Source: Candidatus Multivoradales bacterium (GTDB taxonomy: Bacteria > Acidobacteriota > Thermoanaerobaculia > Multivoradales > Multivoraceae). Taken from it: 64,000 nt of DNA. Position numbers and translations under genes: made by a program. Position 1 is the first letter of the stretch; each line of letters begins with the position of its first letter. The stretch is taken from the NCBI GenBank assembly GCA_965223325.1, contig CBDCWI010000002.1, positions 2,688,001-2,752,000 of the forward strand. Reading direction: 5' to 3'. Under the pieces are notes generated by a model, which had not been told where the DNA came from, did no database searches, and saw nothing but the letters and a program-made list of their open reading frames with translations. Of this stretch, positions 38,853 to 49,066 are shown piece after piece.

Positions 38853-39977
38853 CTACAGAACCAGCCCTGCTAAGTGTTTGCGATGGTGCTGCGCGTCACC
38901 GAACTGAAACTGCGACCACATGGCCCGACGCAAGAAGAGCTGCGCATCGCATGCGTAGGTGAAACCAAAGCCACCGTGAAACTGAATCGCACGGTCACCG
39001 GCAAAAACGAACGAATCGCTGGCTTCGGCCTTGGCCATACGCAAGGCGACCTCGGCGCGACTGGTTCCGAAGACGGTTGCCGCATGGTAGAGATGCGAGC
39101 GCGCCCGCTCGAGGCCAGTGAGGATGTCGACGGTCGGGTGCTTGAGCGCCTGGTAGCCGCCGATCAAACGCCCGAACTGCTGGCGTGACTTGAGGTACTC
39201 GAGCACCACGTCGAGGACGCCGGCGATCCCACCGCAGGCTTCGGCAGAGTAAAGGAGAAGCGCCGCGTCCCGAGCCGCCAGAAGCGCTCTCTCTGCCTCC
39301 TCGCCGACTACGAGGCGCCCTCTCGGAATCTCGAGACCGTCGAGATCCAGGCGGTAACAACAGCGGGTCTCGTCGATCACCGTTTCTCGCTGGCGACGGC
39401 TCTCACCGAGATCGGCCTTGGTAAAGAGAGCCAGTGCCGGCTCGCCCTCCGCCAGAACACTCGCTACCACATAGTCAGCCACCGCAAGGTCCTGCACCAG
39501 ACAGCGCGTACCGGCCAGCTCGACGGCGTCTCCTGAAACGGTCGCCTCCGCACCTTCCGGAGCAAGCAGGTTCCAGTCGCCGCCTGGGCCTACGAACGCA
39601 ACGGTTGCCGTGGCACCGCCCGCGATCTGGGCCAACCAACCTGCCGGCTCGTCGCTCGCCTCTACTTCCAGGAGAGCCTGGGCCGCGATCTGGGTAGGGA
39701 CGAAGGGAGAGGCCAGAAGAGCGCGCCCCATGCGTTCCACGATCGGCACCAGATCCGAAAGGCTGAAGCCATCGCCGCCGTAGTCTTCAGGAATCGCCAG
39801 GCCGCACCAGCCAGCATCTCGCATGTCCTGCCAGACCGCGAGGTCGTAGCCCGGCTCCGCCGCGAGATGCTCGCGCACGTTCTCGATTGGCCACTTGTCC
39901 TTCATGAAGCGGGCGGCGATATCGAGCAGCATGCTCTGTTCGTCGCTCCATGCGATCGCGGAAGACTCCTGACTCAT
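38853..39977 (-). CDS. Acyl-CoA dehydrogenase, short partner-type subunit
   Basis: 'EYLKSRQQFGRLIGGYQALKH', 'AIQFHGGFGFT'. Confidence 0.9.
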   Translation of the reverse strand: MSQESSAIAWSDEQSMLLDIAARFMKDKWPIENVREHLAAEPGYDLAVWQDMRDAGWCGLAIPEDYGGDGFSLSDLVPIVERMGRALLASPFVPTQIAAQALLEVEASDEPAGWLAQIAGGATATVAFVGPGGDWNLLAPEGAEATVSGDAVELAGTRCLVQDLAVADYVVASVLAEGEPALALFTKADLGESRRQRETVIDETRCCYRLDLDGLEIPRGRLVVGEEAERALLAARDAALLLYSAEACGGIAGVLDVVLEYLKSRQQFGRLIGGYQALKHPTVDILTGLERARSHLYHAATVFGTSRAEVALRMAKAEASDSFVFAGDRAIQFHGGFGFTYACDAQLFLRRAMWSQFQFGDAQHHRKHLAGLVL

Positions 39978-39997
39978 GCCTCAGATCCTTCCGATTC

Positions 39998-41206
39998 TCA
40001 TGACTTCGGCAGGCCGAGCACACGCTCGCCGACGATGTTGGCCTGCACCTGACTGGTGCCACCACCGATGGTGGCCGAGAAGGCATTGAAGTAGGAACGC
40101 GGCCAACGACCGTGGTCGATCGCCCAGGGGTCACCGACCCAGCGGACGCCATTGGCACCCTGGAGCGAAACCGCGAACTGAAAAAGCCGGCGACGGTGTT
40201 CGGTGGTGCGCAGCTTGCGCGACATCGCGATCGAGTGGGGCCGCTCGGCAATCAACCCCGGGTGTTGCTCGCGCGCTCCACAGAGACGGTCGCCCCGCGC
40301 CTCGATGAGAAACCGCACGAGCTGATCGCGCACCAAGGGGTCTTCGATCGCTGGCCGACCGTCACGCTCTACCCGGCGCGCGAGCTCGACGACGTCCTCG
40401 ACACCGATGTAGACCGAGCTCAAGCCACCGGCCTGCCCGCCACTTACGCCGCGCTCGAAGGTGAGCGTCGTCATCGCGATCTGCCACCCCTGGCCTTCTT
40501 CGCCCATCAAGCAGTCAGCCGGAATGCGCGCATTGTCGAAGAAGGTCTGCACGAAACCATACTCGCCGGTGAGCTTCCTGATCGGCTCGGTCGACACGCC
40601 GTCGGCGGTCATCGGAGCCAGGAAGTACGACAAGCCAGCGTAGCGATTGGGCGCATGAGGGTTGGTGCGTGCGAGAAGGATCATGTACTTGGCATAAGAC
40701 CCGAGACTCGTCCAGATCTTGCTGCCATTGATCACGTACTCATCGCCGTCACGCTCGGCGCGCGTTTGCACGCTCCCTAAGTCGGAGCCATGGTCGGGCT
40801 CTGAGAACCCCTGGCACCAGATGTCCTCAGCCGAGAGGATGCCGGGGATGTAGCGCTTCTTTTCTTCTTCGGTCCCGATATGCAGGATGAGCGGCCCGGC
40901 CCAGTTGAGACCAATCGTGTTGGGCACGAAGGGCGCGCCCCGACGGGCCATCTCAGCGTCGACGATGTCCTGGTAGACCTGCGGCTTCCCGCCACCACCG
41001 TACTCCGCCGGCCAGGCCATTCCGAGGTAGCCGGCTTCGTAGAGCTGCCGCTGCCAGTCGCGCAGGTACTCGAACTGCTGGTCGGTACCAACCTCCATGA
41101 AGGTCTCGGGAAGGAGAAAGTCGGGCTCGGGTGGCTGGTTGGCCTCGAGCCAGGCAACGACCTCGGTGCGGAAGTCTTCGAGGGCCCCGCGGTTTGGTTC
41201 ACTCAT
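39998..41206 (-). CDS. Acyl-CoA dehydrogenase
   Basis: 'WCQGFSEPDHGSDL', 'NGSKIWTS', 'TLTFER', 'TIGGGTSQVQANIVGERVLGLP'. Confidence 0.93.
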   Translation of the reverse strand: MSEPNRGALEDFRTEVVAWLEANQPPEPDFLLPETFMEVGTDQQFEYLRDWQRQLYEAGYLGMAWPAEYGGGGKPQVYQDIVDAEMARRGAPFVPNTIGLNWAGPLILHIGTEEEKKRYIPGILSAEDIWCQGFSEPDHGSDLGSVQTRAERDGDEYVINGSKIWTSLGSYAKYMILLARTNPHAPNRYAGLSYFLAPMTADGVSTEPIRKLTGEYGFVQTFFDNARIPADCLMGEEGQGWQIAMTTLTFERGVSGGQAGGLSSVYIGVEDVVELARRVERDGRPAIEDPLVRDQLVRFLIEARGDRLCGAREQHPGLIAERPHSIAMSRKLRTTEHRRRLFQFAVSLQGANGVRWVGDPWAIDHGRWPRSYFNAFSATIGGGTSQVQANIVGERVLGLPKS

Positions 41207-41248
41207 GGCGCGATCGTCCCATGCAGCTCGCGCCGCCGCAAGCGGCCC

Positions 41249-42520
41249 TCAGTCCCAGCCGTAGACCAGCCGAATCCGCCTGGGCAACTCCGCAAAGACG
41301 ATTGGGTTGGCGTCGTCGCTGTTGGCCATGATGATGTAGCCGTTGCCCCCTTCGAGATGGCCGTCGAAGTTCGCTCGGAAACCCCAGTTGCCGCCGGTAT
41401 GGCCGAAGAAACGCGGCGCTTCGCCGGCTCTAGCGGGACGATGGGCCGTTTCTGACCCTACGGTGAAACCAAGCGCGTAGTGGCCGAGCCCACCCGGGGT
41501 CACCATCTTCCTGGCCATCTCCTGGCTGAGAACCTTGTTCGAGCGACCCTCGAGGGACAGCTGGACCTCGATCATGAACTTCGCCAGGTCGGTTGGCGTC
41601 GTCCATAGACCCGCCGCATAGAGCTCGGGATAGACATGCCACTTCGCCGACCGGCCGATGAAGGTGTCCTGGCGGACTTCCCAACCGGAAGCCCCGGCGG
41701 CATTGCTGGCCAGCTCTTCGGGCAGCGGTTGGCAAAAGCAACTGTTCGCCATCGCGAGTGGATCGAGCACCGTCTCTTGCAGAATCTCGGCGAAGGACTG
41801 ATCGAGCACATCAGAAAGCGCTAGCTGCATGATGGTCGAACCTCCGCCGGAGTACTCGTACTTGCTGTTGGGCTCCCAGTCGACGATCACGGGCGGGGTG
41901 TTGGCGGGGGTCTTGCCCAGCGCATCGCCATAGCCGAGGACCTGGGGAACCGTCGGAAGCGGCTCCGTTGGCAGGTATCCGGGGAATCCGCCGACCGTGG
42001 TGCCTGCTGTCATGCTCATCAGGAGACGCGGCGTGACGGTGGCATCCGCCAGGTATTCCTGCGACTGGATCAGCTTCCACGACTCGAGCAGCGAGTTGAT
42101 GTCGTCATCGAGCGCGAAGCGCTTGTCCTGTACAGCTCGAAGCACCGCCATCGCCGACACCGGCTTGCTGATCGACGCTGCCTGAAACAGGGTCTCGACA
42201 TCCGCTGCCACCTCGGCATCGACGTCCGCATGGCCGTAGGCCCTGGCCCAGAGCAGCTTGTAGTCCGCAACGACCGCAACACTGACGGCGGGCGTTGTGT
42301 GCTTCTCCATCAACTCGAGGAGAGTGAGCCCGGCGTCGCCGTCTGAAGCCGGGTCCCGTGGCTCTTCGATGCGCTGGATCGAACTGGCGTTTTGTTCGAG
42401 ACCTGTGCCCACGCCGGGCGCTTGCGCGAACGCCAAGCGCGGGCCGCACCAAGGAGCGAGGAAGTAGGCAACCACCAACAGCCAGGCAAACGCTTCAAAT
42501 CGTCGACTGAACATCGTCAT
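41249..42520 (-). CDS. Serine hydrolase, beta-lactamase (AmpC-like) family, secreted
   Basis: SxxK 'QAASISK', 'YEYSGGG', 'AAGLWTTPTDLAKF', 'GHTG'. Confidence 0.9.
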   Translation of the reverse strand: MTMFSRRFEAFAWLLVVAYFLAPWCGPRLAFAQAPGVGTGLEQNASSIQRIEEPRDPASDGDAGLTLLELMEKHTTPAVSVAVVADYKLLWARAYGHADVDAEVAADVETLFQAASISKPVSAMAVLRAVQDKRFALDDDINSLLESWKLIQSQEYLADATVTPRLLMSMTAGTTVGGFPGYLPTEPLPTVPQVLGYGDALGKTPANTPPVIVDWEPNSKYEYSGGGSTIMQLALSDVLDQSFAEILQETVLDPLAMANSCFCQPLPEELASNAAGASGWEVRQDTFIGRSAKWHVYPELYAAGLWTTPTDLAKFMIEVQLSLEGRSNKVLSQEMARKMVTPGGLGHYALGFTVGSETAHRPARAGEAPRFFGHTGGNWGFRANFDGHLEGGNGYIIMANSDDANPIVFAELPRRIRLVYGWD

Positions 42521-42737
42521 CTCCTCCTCGAGCCAGAAAGGGCGCCGTCACCGCTGGCCTCCCTCCCCTCTCCTCGTCGAGCAATTGTCCCACGCCACTC
42601 CTTAGGCCTTTGGCGCCCGTGCCAGCGGCAGCTGGTGAGCTGTTTCGATCCCTTTTTGGTACCGGCCGTCGAATGGGCGTATCCCTATTCGTCTCCTGAA
42701 CGTGACACCCAGGAACAAACCCACGCAAGGAGTTCCC

Positions 42738-43367
42738 ATGAACCTTTCACGTTTCGCGAGGCTTTTACTCGTCGTTCTCTCGTCGACTCTCAATCTCGGC
42801 GCCACCGGTGCCGACCAGCCTGACGGTTCGTTCGCTCTCGAACTCGCACCAGGCGAGGAAGAACGCCTGGCGCGTACTGCTCTGCCCGAACACCTCCAGG
42901 CAAACGCCAGCGTCTGGATCCTCGGTGCGAAGGGCTATGAGCTCGCCAGCCTCGGAACCAACGGCTTCAACTGCCTGGTGAGCCGCGACGGTGCCGCAGT
43001 GCTGGCTCCCCTTTGCTACGACCAGGTGGGGAGTAAGACCCTCCTTCAGGCTGATCTCAAACGAGCCGCCGCCGTGATGTCTGGCAAGACCCTCGAGGAA
43101 GCCAAGAAGCTGGTCGACGCTGCCTACGAGAGCGGCGAACTGACGGCTCCTGCCGAGCCGGGCCTTGCCTACATGCTGTCGGAGGAGTTCTTCGACCATT
43201 CCGATCGCGAGCCCAGGCAGGTCTACCCACCACATGTGATGTTCTACGCCCCGTACAAGACTCCAGAAGACTTCGGCTTCTCTCCAGACTCACGCGGAAG
43301 CACGACCCAGCCCTGGATCTTGAACGGCGGTACACCAAAGGCCTACGTGATCGTCGTCCCGCAGTAG
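42738..43367 (+). CDS. Hypothetical secreted protein
   Basis: Signal peptide; 'GTNGFNCLV', 'APLCYD', 'LAYMLS', 'PPHVMFYAPY'. Confidence 0.7.
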   Translation: MNLSRFARLLLVVLSSTLNLGATGADQPDGSFALELAPGEEERLARTALPEHLQANASVWILGAKGYELASLGTNGFNCLVSRDGAAVLAPLCYDQVGSKTLLQADLKRAAAVMSGKTLEEAKKLVDAAYESGELTAPAEPGLAYMLSEEFFDHSDREPRQVYPPHVMFYAPYKTPEDFGFSPDSRGSTTQPWILNGGTPKAYVIVVPQ

Positions 43368-43415
43368 GTAGCCCGCGTTCTCGATTCCACTGTCGGTTTC
43401 CACTACAGTAGAGCC

Positions 43416-44327
43416 GTGCACTTCGGCGACGAGTTGATTCAACGCACCCGCGCGCTCGGTCACCCCCTTTGCGTCGGTATCGACCCGCACATCGACCGCA
43501 TCCCGGCGCTCTTCGGCCGCGTCGACGGCGTCCGCTCCGCCAACGAAAACGAACGCGACCAGGCAGCTGCCACCGTCGAGAGCTTCTGCATGGCAATCCT
43601 CGAGCGAGTGGTCGGTCGCGTCGCCGCAATCAAGCCGCAGATCGCCTTCTTCGAGCAGTTCGGCTGGCGCGGGCTGCGAGTGCTCGAAACGGTGGTTCAG
43701 GCCGCCCACCTGGCCGACGTCCTGGTCATCCTCGACGCCAAACGCTCCGATATCGGCTCGACGGCGCGCGGCTACGCCGCCGCCTACCTCCAACCAGGGG
43801 CACCTCTCGAAGTCGACGCCATGACCCTCAACCCTTATCTCGGCATCGACACCATCGAGCCCTACCTCAGAGACGCTGAGCGCGGGGTCTTCGTCCTCGT
43901 CAAGACCAGCAACCCGGGCTCGGCAGATTTTCAGGACCTCGATGTCAACGGCGAGCCGCTCTTTACCCAGGTCGCTAACGCTCTCTCGCCCGTCGCGGAA
44001 CGCTTCGTCGGTGAGACCGGTTGGTCATCGATCGGCGTCGTCGTCGGTGCAACCTGGGCAGGGCCACATCAGGCGGTGCGCGAGCGACTCCCCAACAGCC
44101 CTTTTCTCGTTCCGGGCTACGGTGCCCAGGGAGGTACCGCAGCCGACGCGCTGGGCGGCTTCACCCCCGGCCCCCAGGGTCTCGAGGGCGGCGTCGTCAG
44201 CTCCTCGCGCGGGGTCCTTTTCCCCGAGCAGGCAGACGCGGCTAGCGATGTGGCAGGCTGGGAGAGCGCCATCGACCGCGCCATCGACAGTGCGATCGCT
44301 GAAATGACGGCTGCAGTCGGCAACTGA
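43416..44327 (+). CDS. pyrF: Orotidine-5'-phosphate decarboxylase (type 2)
   Basis: 'LCVGIDP', 'KPQIAFFE', 'DAKRSDIGST', 'KTSNPGS', 'LVPGYGAQGG', 'SSSR'. Confidence 0.95.
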   Translation: MHFGDELIQRTRALGHPLCVGIDPHIDRIPALFGRVDGVRSANENERDQAAATVESFCMAILERVVGRVAAIKPQIAFFEQFGWRGLRVLETVVQAAHLADVLVILDAKRSDIGSTARGYAAAYLQPGAPLEVDAMTLNPYLGIDTIEPYLRDAERGVFVLVKTSNPGSADFQDLDVNGEPLFTQVANALSPVAERFVGETGWSSIGVVVGATWAGPHQAVRERLPNSPFLVPGYGAQGGTAADALGGFTPGPQGLEGGVVSSSRGVLFPEQADAASDVAGWESAIDRAIDSAIAEMTAAVGN

Positions 44328-44547
44328 CCGGTCGACCAACAGCCAGCGACGCCTCTCGGCCCGTTTCGGTAGGCTGAAGCGTCCGTCACTCACAGACAAA
44401 TCGGCGTCTTTCGCCGCGGCACCCGATCCGCTCGGCGCACCGGGCACGTAACACTGCCTTTAGAGACACTGCCGGTAGATGCCAAACAACCCTCACGATT
44501 CCCAAGCCCCTGGCCGACATACGGAGCAGCGGGCACGGAGGAGCACC

Positions 44548-45153
44548 ATGACTACGAAACGAATTCTGTTTATCGCTCTCTTGGCTTTCGGCCTCGCAAT
44601 ATCGACCGTTGCGATGGTCGGCGCCCAGGACAAGCCTGCCAGCCCGCCCGGATCCACCGCCACCCAGATCGGTGATGGATGGATCGAAGTCGAGTACAGC
44701 CGCCCGATCCTGCGCGGCCGAACCGACATCTTCGGCAGCGGCGACGAGTACGGCAAGAAACTCAACGCGGGCGCACCCGTGTGGCGTGCTGGCGCCAACG
44801 CCACCACCCGCATCAAGACCGAGCACGACCTCGAGATCAACGGTGTCAAGGTCCCAGCCGGTGAGTACAGTTTCTTCATCGAGCTCGGGGCCGAGGGCTG
44901 GAACGCCATCCTCTCGACGCAGGAGTTCATGAAAACACCCGATCGCGCCAAGATCGCCGAAGGAGTTCTCTGGGGTTCCTACGGCTACGACGCCTCGAAG
45001 AATGTCGTCACTGCGCCAATGACCGTTCAAACCGGTGAGCAGTCGATCGACCAGCTGACCTACGTCTTCATTGACGTCTCCGAAGAGGGCGGGGCTCTCG
45101 CCGTCGCCTGGCATGACCAGGTCGGGGTTCTGCCGTTCACGATCGCCAAGTAG
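44548..45153 (+). CDS. DUF2911 domain secreted protein
   Basis: 'ASP', 'VEYSRP..RGR..IFG', 'VWRAGANATT', 'VPAGEYSF'. Confidence 0.85.
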   Translation: MTTKRILFIALLAFGLAISTVAMVGAQDKPASPPGSTATQIGDGWIEVEYSRPILRGRTDIFGSGDEYGKKLNAGAPVWRAGANATTRIKTEHDLEINGVKVPAGEYSFFIELGAEGWNAILSTQEFMKTPDRAKIAEGVLWGSYGYDASKNVVTAPMTVQTGEQSIDQLTYVFIDVSEEGGALAVAWHDQVGVLPFTIAK

Positions 45154-45313
45154 CTCCAGCACCCGGCGGCCGTGGTCGCCGTGGATCTCCCGAGACCCGT
45201 CCAGCCACCCGGCCAGGCGGGTCTTCTTGTTTCTACGCCCTTCGTTCTCCGGGTTGGCCGTCGTGAGATGCTTTCGACCCCGCCCCACCGACCGAGCGAG
45301 AAGGAGTCGTACG

Positions 45314-46093
45314 ATGGCCAACGACGAGGCAACCCTCTACGAAGTGAGAGACGGTGCCGCCTGGATCACCCTCAACCGTCCAGAGGTACGCAACGCAATC
45401 TCGGCGCAGTTGGTGGCTGAGCTCGATCATCATCTCGAGCAGGCCTTCGCCGATGACCAGGTGCGCACGGTCGTGCTCACCGGGGCAGGCAAGGGCTTTT
45501 GTGCGGGCGCCGATCTCAAGAACCCGCCCGGCCGGGCAACCGCCGACGGTCGCGTGGTTCCCTACCCTGACCTCTTGATGCGCATGTGGAACGGGCCGAA
45601 GCCGGTGATCGGAATGATCAACGGCGCCGCCTATGCGGGTGGCCTCGGCATGGTGGCGGCATGCGACATCGTGGTCACTGACGAGGACGCCGGCTTTGCC
45701 TTCAGCGAAGTGAAGATCGGCGTTATCCCGGCCATCATCGCGGTGGTCTGCCTGCGCAAACTCGGCGAGCATCACGGCATGAAGCTCTTTCTCACCGGTG
45801 AACGCTTCACTGGCAAACAAGCCGTCACGTTCGGCCTGGCCCATCGTGCGGTTCCCGCCGATCAGCTCGAGGCGGCGGTGCAGGAGGAGATCGACCTCAT
45901 CCGCCTGGCGGGGCCCAATGCAGTTGCGGAAGCGAAGAAGCTGGTGCGCCAGGTGCCGCACGTTTCGATGGCCGAAGGCTTCGAGCTCACCCAGAAGTGG
46001 AGCCGCGACATGTTCCAGACCGAGGAAGCAGCCGAAGGCATGGCGGCGTTTCGCGAGAAGCGCCCGCCGGCCTGGGTCAGTGAGAGCGAGTAG
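45314..46093 (+). CDS. Enoyl-CoA hydratase/isomerase (methylglutaconyl-CoA hydratase-like)
   Basis: 'LNRPEVRNA', 'FCAGADL', 'AYAGGLG', 'FSEVKIGVIPAII', 'EGMAAFREKR'. Confidence 0.92.
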   Translation: MANDEATLYEVRDGAAWITLNRPEVRNAISAQLVAELDHHLEQAFADDQVRTVVLTGAGKGFCAGADLKNPPGRATADGRVVPYPDLLMRMWNGPKPVIGMINGAAYAGGLGMVAACDIVVTDEDAGFAFSEVKIGVIPAIIAVVCLRKLGEHHGMKLFLTGERFTGKQAVTFGLAHRAVPADQLEAAVQEEIDLIRLAGPNAVAEAKKLVRQVPHVSMAEGFELTQKWSRDMFQTEEAAEGMAAFREKRPPAWVSESE

Positions 46094-46185
46094 GCAACGA
46101 CGAAGTCGAGTTCAGCGCTGCGATGTCGAGAGGGTAGGCTGACCCGCCACCTGAACCCGAGAAAGATACCGAGCCGGAGAACCAG

Positions 46186-46851
46186 ATGAAGACCTCCCAC
46201 GACAGCCGAATCCTCTGCGTTCTCTTGATCGCACTGACGATATGCCTGCCTCACTCCGCCGCAACCGCTCAGAACGGCGAGCCGACCTTGAGCGACACCG
46301 AGCGCTCCGATCTGCTCTCGCTGATGCACGAGTCGGAGTCGCTCTACCTCGGGCTCCTGGCCAGCGCCACCGACGAGCAGTGGTCATGGAAGCCAGCGCC
46401 AGACCGGTGGTCGGTCGGAGAGTGCGCCGAACACATCATGCGCTCGAACCAGGCGCTCCTCGAGGCAGCCAAGGCGGCGCTTGCCAGCGACCCAAACCCG
46501 GAGTGGGCCGAGCAAACCAAAGGCAAGGCTGATCTGTTGCTGCAGGTCATGCCCAACCGCAACCCGGGCGGTCAGGGTGGAGCCACCGCACCGCAGGAGA
46601 TCCGCCCTACCGGCGAACTAAGTCGCGGCGAGATCGTCGAACAGTTTCGCGCCCTCTATGTCGAACTGAGCCACCTGATCGAAACCACCAGAGACCCGCT
46701 CAAGGAGCACACTTCTGAACACCCCTTTCCGATCTTCGGCACCCTGAGCGCCTACGACTGGATCCTCTATGTTCCGCTCCACACCGTGCGGCACAGCCGT
46801 CAGATGGTCGAAGTGATGGAGACCGAGGGCTATCCCTCGGGCGAAAGCTAA
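46186..46851 (+). CDS. DinB-family protein with signal peptide
   Basis: 'QWSWKPAPDRWSVGECAEH', 'HPFPIFG', 'HTVRHSRQM'. Confidence 0.85.
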   Translation: MKTSHDSRILCVLLIALTICLPHSAATAQNGEPTLSDTERSDLLSLMHESESLYLGLLASATDEQWSWKPAPDRWSVGECAEHIMRSNQALLEAAKAALASDPNPEWAEQTKGKADLLLQVMPNRNPGGQGGATAPQEIRPTGELSRGEIVEQFRALYVELSHLIETTRDPLKEHTSEHPFPIFGTLSAYDWILYVPLHTVRHSRQMVEVMETEGYPSGES

Positions 46852-46957
46852 GGCGACACTGGCGATTAGTCGAGCGAGGGTTGGCCCCAAGCCCTTTCAC
46901 GACTCTATGCGACGAGGCTCGCGACTCACTCCACAACCAGCTCCCCGGAGACTCCCA

Positions 46958-49060
46958 ATGAACAGAGGCCACGCCAAGCATCTCGTCCTCTCAACCATCG
47001 CGCTCGCCCTGTTCGTCGTGGGCAGCCCTTCCCTGGCGGCGTCGCCGGCTGAAGACTCGCCGGCTGGAAAGAACAGCAACACCGCGGTCTTCGAACCCGC
47101 CGACGTCTTCCAGCTCGAGTTCGCCGCCGACCCGCAGATCTCGCCCGACGGGAAAACGATCGTCTACGCCCGACGAGGCTTCGACATCCAGAAGGACAGG
47201 ACGCTCTCGGAGCTGTGGACCATCAGCACCGAGAAGGACAGCAACGAGCGCTTCGATCATCGGCCATTGGGGGCTGTTGGCACGAGCCACGCGTCGCCGC
47301 GCTGGTCGGCTGACGGTCGTGAACTGGTCTACCTGGCGCGCGACGAAGGGACCGGCGGCACGCAGATTCACCGCATGTGGCTCGATACCGGGCAGAGCGC
47401 CGTGCTCACGCGTCTCGAGCACTCGCCAAGCGCACCGTCATGGTCACCCGACGGCCAGTGGATCGCCTTCACCAGTTTTGTCCCCGCTAGAGAGGCTTCG
47501 CCGCCGAGCATGCCGAAGCCACCCAAGGGTGCCGAATGGGCACCGGCGCCGAAGTACATCGACAGTTTGATCTACCGGCGTGACGGCGGCGGCTTTACCG
47601 AGCCCGGTCACCAACACGTTTTCGTCGTCCCGAAGAGCGGTGGCACTCCACGTCAAGTCACTTCTGGTGACTTCAACCACGGCTCGGTCTCATGGACACC
47701 CGACGGCCGCCAGCTCTTGCTTTCGGCCAACCGTACAAAAGACTGGGAGTACAACGGCCAGAACAGCGAGGTCCATCTCGTCGACGTCGCCAGCGGTGAG
47801 ATCACCACGTTGACCGATCGGTTTGGCCCCGACGCCTCGCCGACAATGTCGCCGGACGGGAAGAGAATCGCCTACCTCGGCTACGACGATCGCTACCTCG
47901 GCTTCCAGGTCACCGAGCTCTACGTCATGGATCACGACGGTCAGAACAAGCGCCGCGTCGACACCGGCCTCGACCGCAGCGTCGGCGGCCCCGTCTGGGA
48001 CAAGGATTCGCGCCATCTCTGGGTCCAGTACAGCGACCAGGGAAACGGCAAGATCGCGCGCGTCGATACCAGGACCGGCAAGACCACCCGCATCACTGGC
48101 GATCTCGGCGGGCTGTCCCTGGGGCGCCCCTACGGAGGCGGCGCGTTCTCGGTGTCCGCGAACGGTGTGGTCGCCTTTACGCACACGCGGCCCGACCACC
48201 CCTCCGACCTGGCCGTGGTGCGCTCGCCCGGTGAGGCGGTGCGCCTGACCCGTCTCAATGACGACCTGTTCGCTCACAAGGAACTCGCCAAGGTCGAAGA
48301 GATCTGGTTCGAGTCCAGCCACGATAGCCGTCGCATTCAGGGTTGGATCGCGACCCCGCCAGGGTTCGACCCCGAGAAGAAGTACCCGCTGCTTCTCGAG
48401 ATCCATGGCGGGCCATTCTCAGACTACGGCGACCGTTTCGCCGCCGAGATTCAGCTCTATGCAGCCGCCGGCTACATCGTGCTCTACACCAACCCGCGCG
48501 GCTCGTCGAGCTACGGCGCCGAGTTCGGCAATCTCATCCACCATGCCTACCCCAGCCACGACTACGACGACTTGATGTCCGGCGTCGACGCCGTGATCGC
48601 CCAAGGGTCGATCGACGAGGAGCGGCTGTTCGTTACCGGTGGCAGTGGCGGCGGTGTCCTCACGAGTTGGATCGTCGGGCACACCGAGCGCTTCGCCGGT
48701 GCCGCGGTGCAGAAGCCGGTGATCAACTGGTACAGCTGGGCGCTCACCGCCGACATTGCAACGACCTACAAGTACTGGTTCCCAGGCGTCCCCTGGGAAC
48801 ACCTCGAGCACTACATGGAGCGCTCACCGATCTCCTACGTCGGCAACGTGACCACCCCGACTCTGGTGATTACCGGTGAAGTCGACTACCGCACGCCGAT
48901 GTCGGAGAGCGAGCAGTACTACCAGGCGCTCAAGATCCAGAAGGTGCCGTCGGCGCTGGTCCGCATTCCCGAAGCGTCGCACGGCATCGCCGCCCGCCCG
49001 AGCCACCTGATCGGCAAGGTGGCTTACATCCTCGACTGGTTCGCGCGGAGCGAACGGTAG
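46958..49060 (+). CDS. S9 family (acylaminoacyl/dipeptidyl) peptidase with PD40 propeller
   Basis: 'IHGGP', 'NPRGSSSYG', nucleophile 'GGSGGG', 'GEVDYRTP', 'ASHGI'. Confidence 0.94.
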   Translation: MNRGHAKHLVLSTIALALFVVGSPSLAASPAEDSPAGKNSNTAVFEPADVFQLEFAADPQISPDGKTIVYARRGFDIQKDRTLSELWTISTEKDSNERFDHRPLGAVGTSHASPRWSADGRELVYLARDEGTGGTQIHRMWLDTGQSAVLTRLEHSPSAPSWSPDGQWIAFTSFVPAREASPPSMPKPPKGAEWAPAPKYIDSLIYRRDGGGFTEPGHQHVFVVPKSGGTPRQVTSGDFNHGSVSWTPDGRQLLLSANRTKDWEYNGQNSEVHLVDVASGEITTLTDRFGPDASPTMSPDGKRIAYLGYDDRYLGFQVTELYVMDHDGQNKRRVDTGLDRSVGGPVWDKDSRHLWVQYSDQGNGKIARVDTRTGKTTRITGDLGGLSLGRPYGGGAFSVSANGVVAFTHTRPDHPSDLAVVRSPGEAVRLTRLNDDLFAHKELAKVEEIWFESSHDSRRIQGWIATPPGFDPEKKYPLLLEIHGGPFSDYGDRFAAEIQLYAAAGYIVLYTNPRGSSSYGAEFGNLIHHAYPSHDYDDLMSGVDAVIAQGSIDEERLFVTGGSGGGVLTSWIVGHTERFAGAAVQKPVINWYSWALTADIATTYKYWFPGVPWEHLEHYMERSPISYVGNVTTPTLVITGEVDYRTPMSESEQYYQALKIQKVPSALVRIPEASHGIAARPSHLIGKVAYILDWFARSER

Positions 49061-49066
49061 ACGGAA

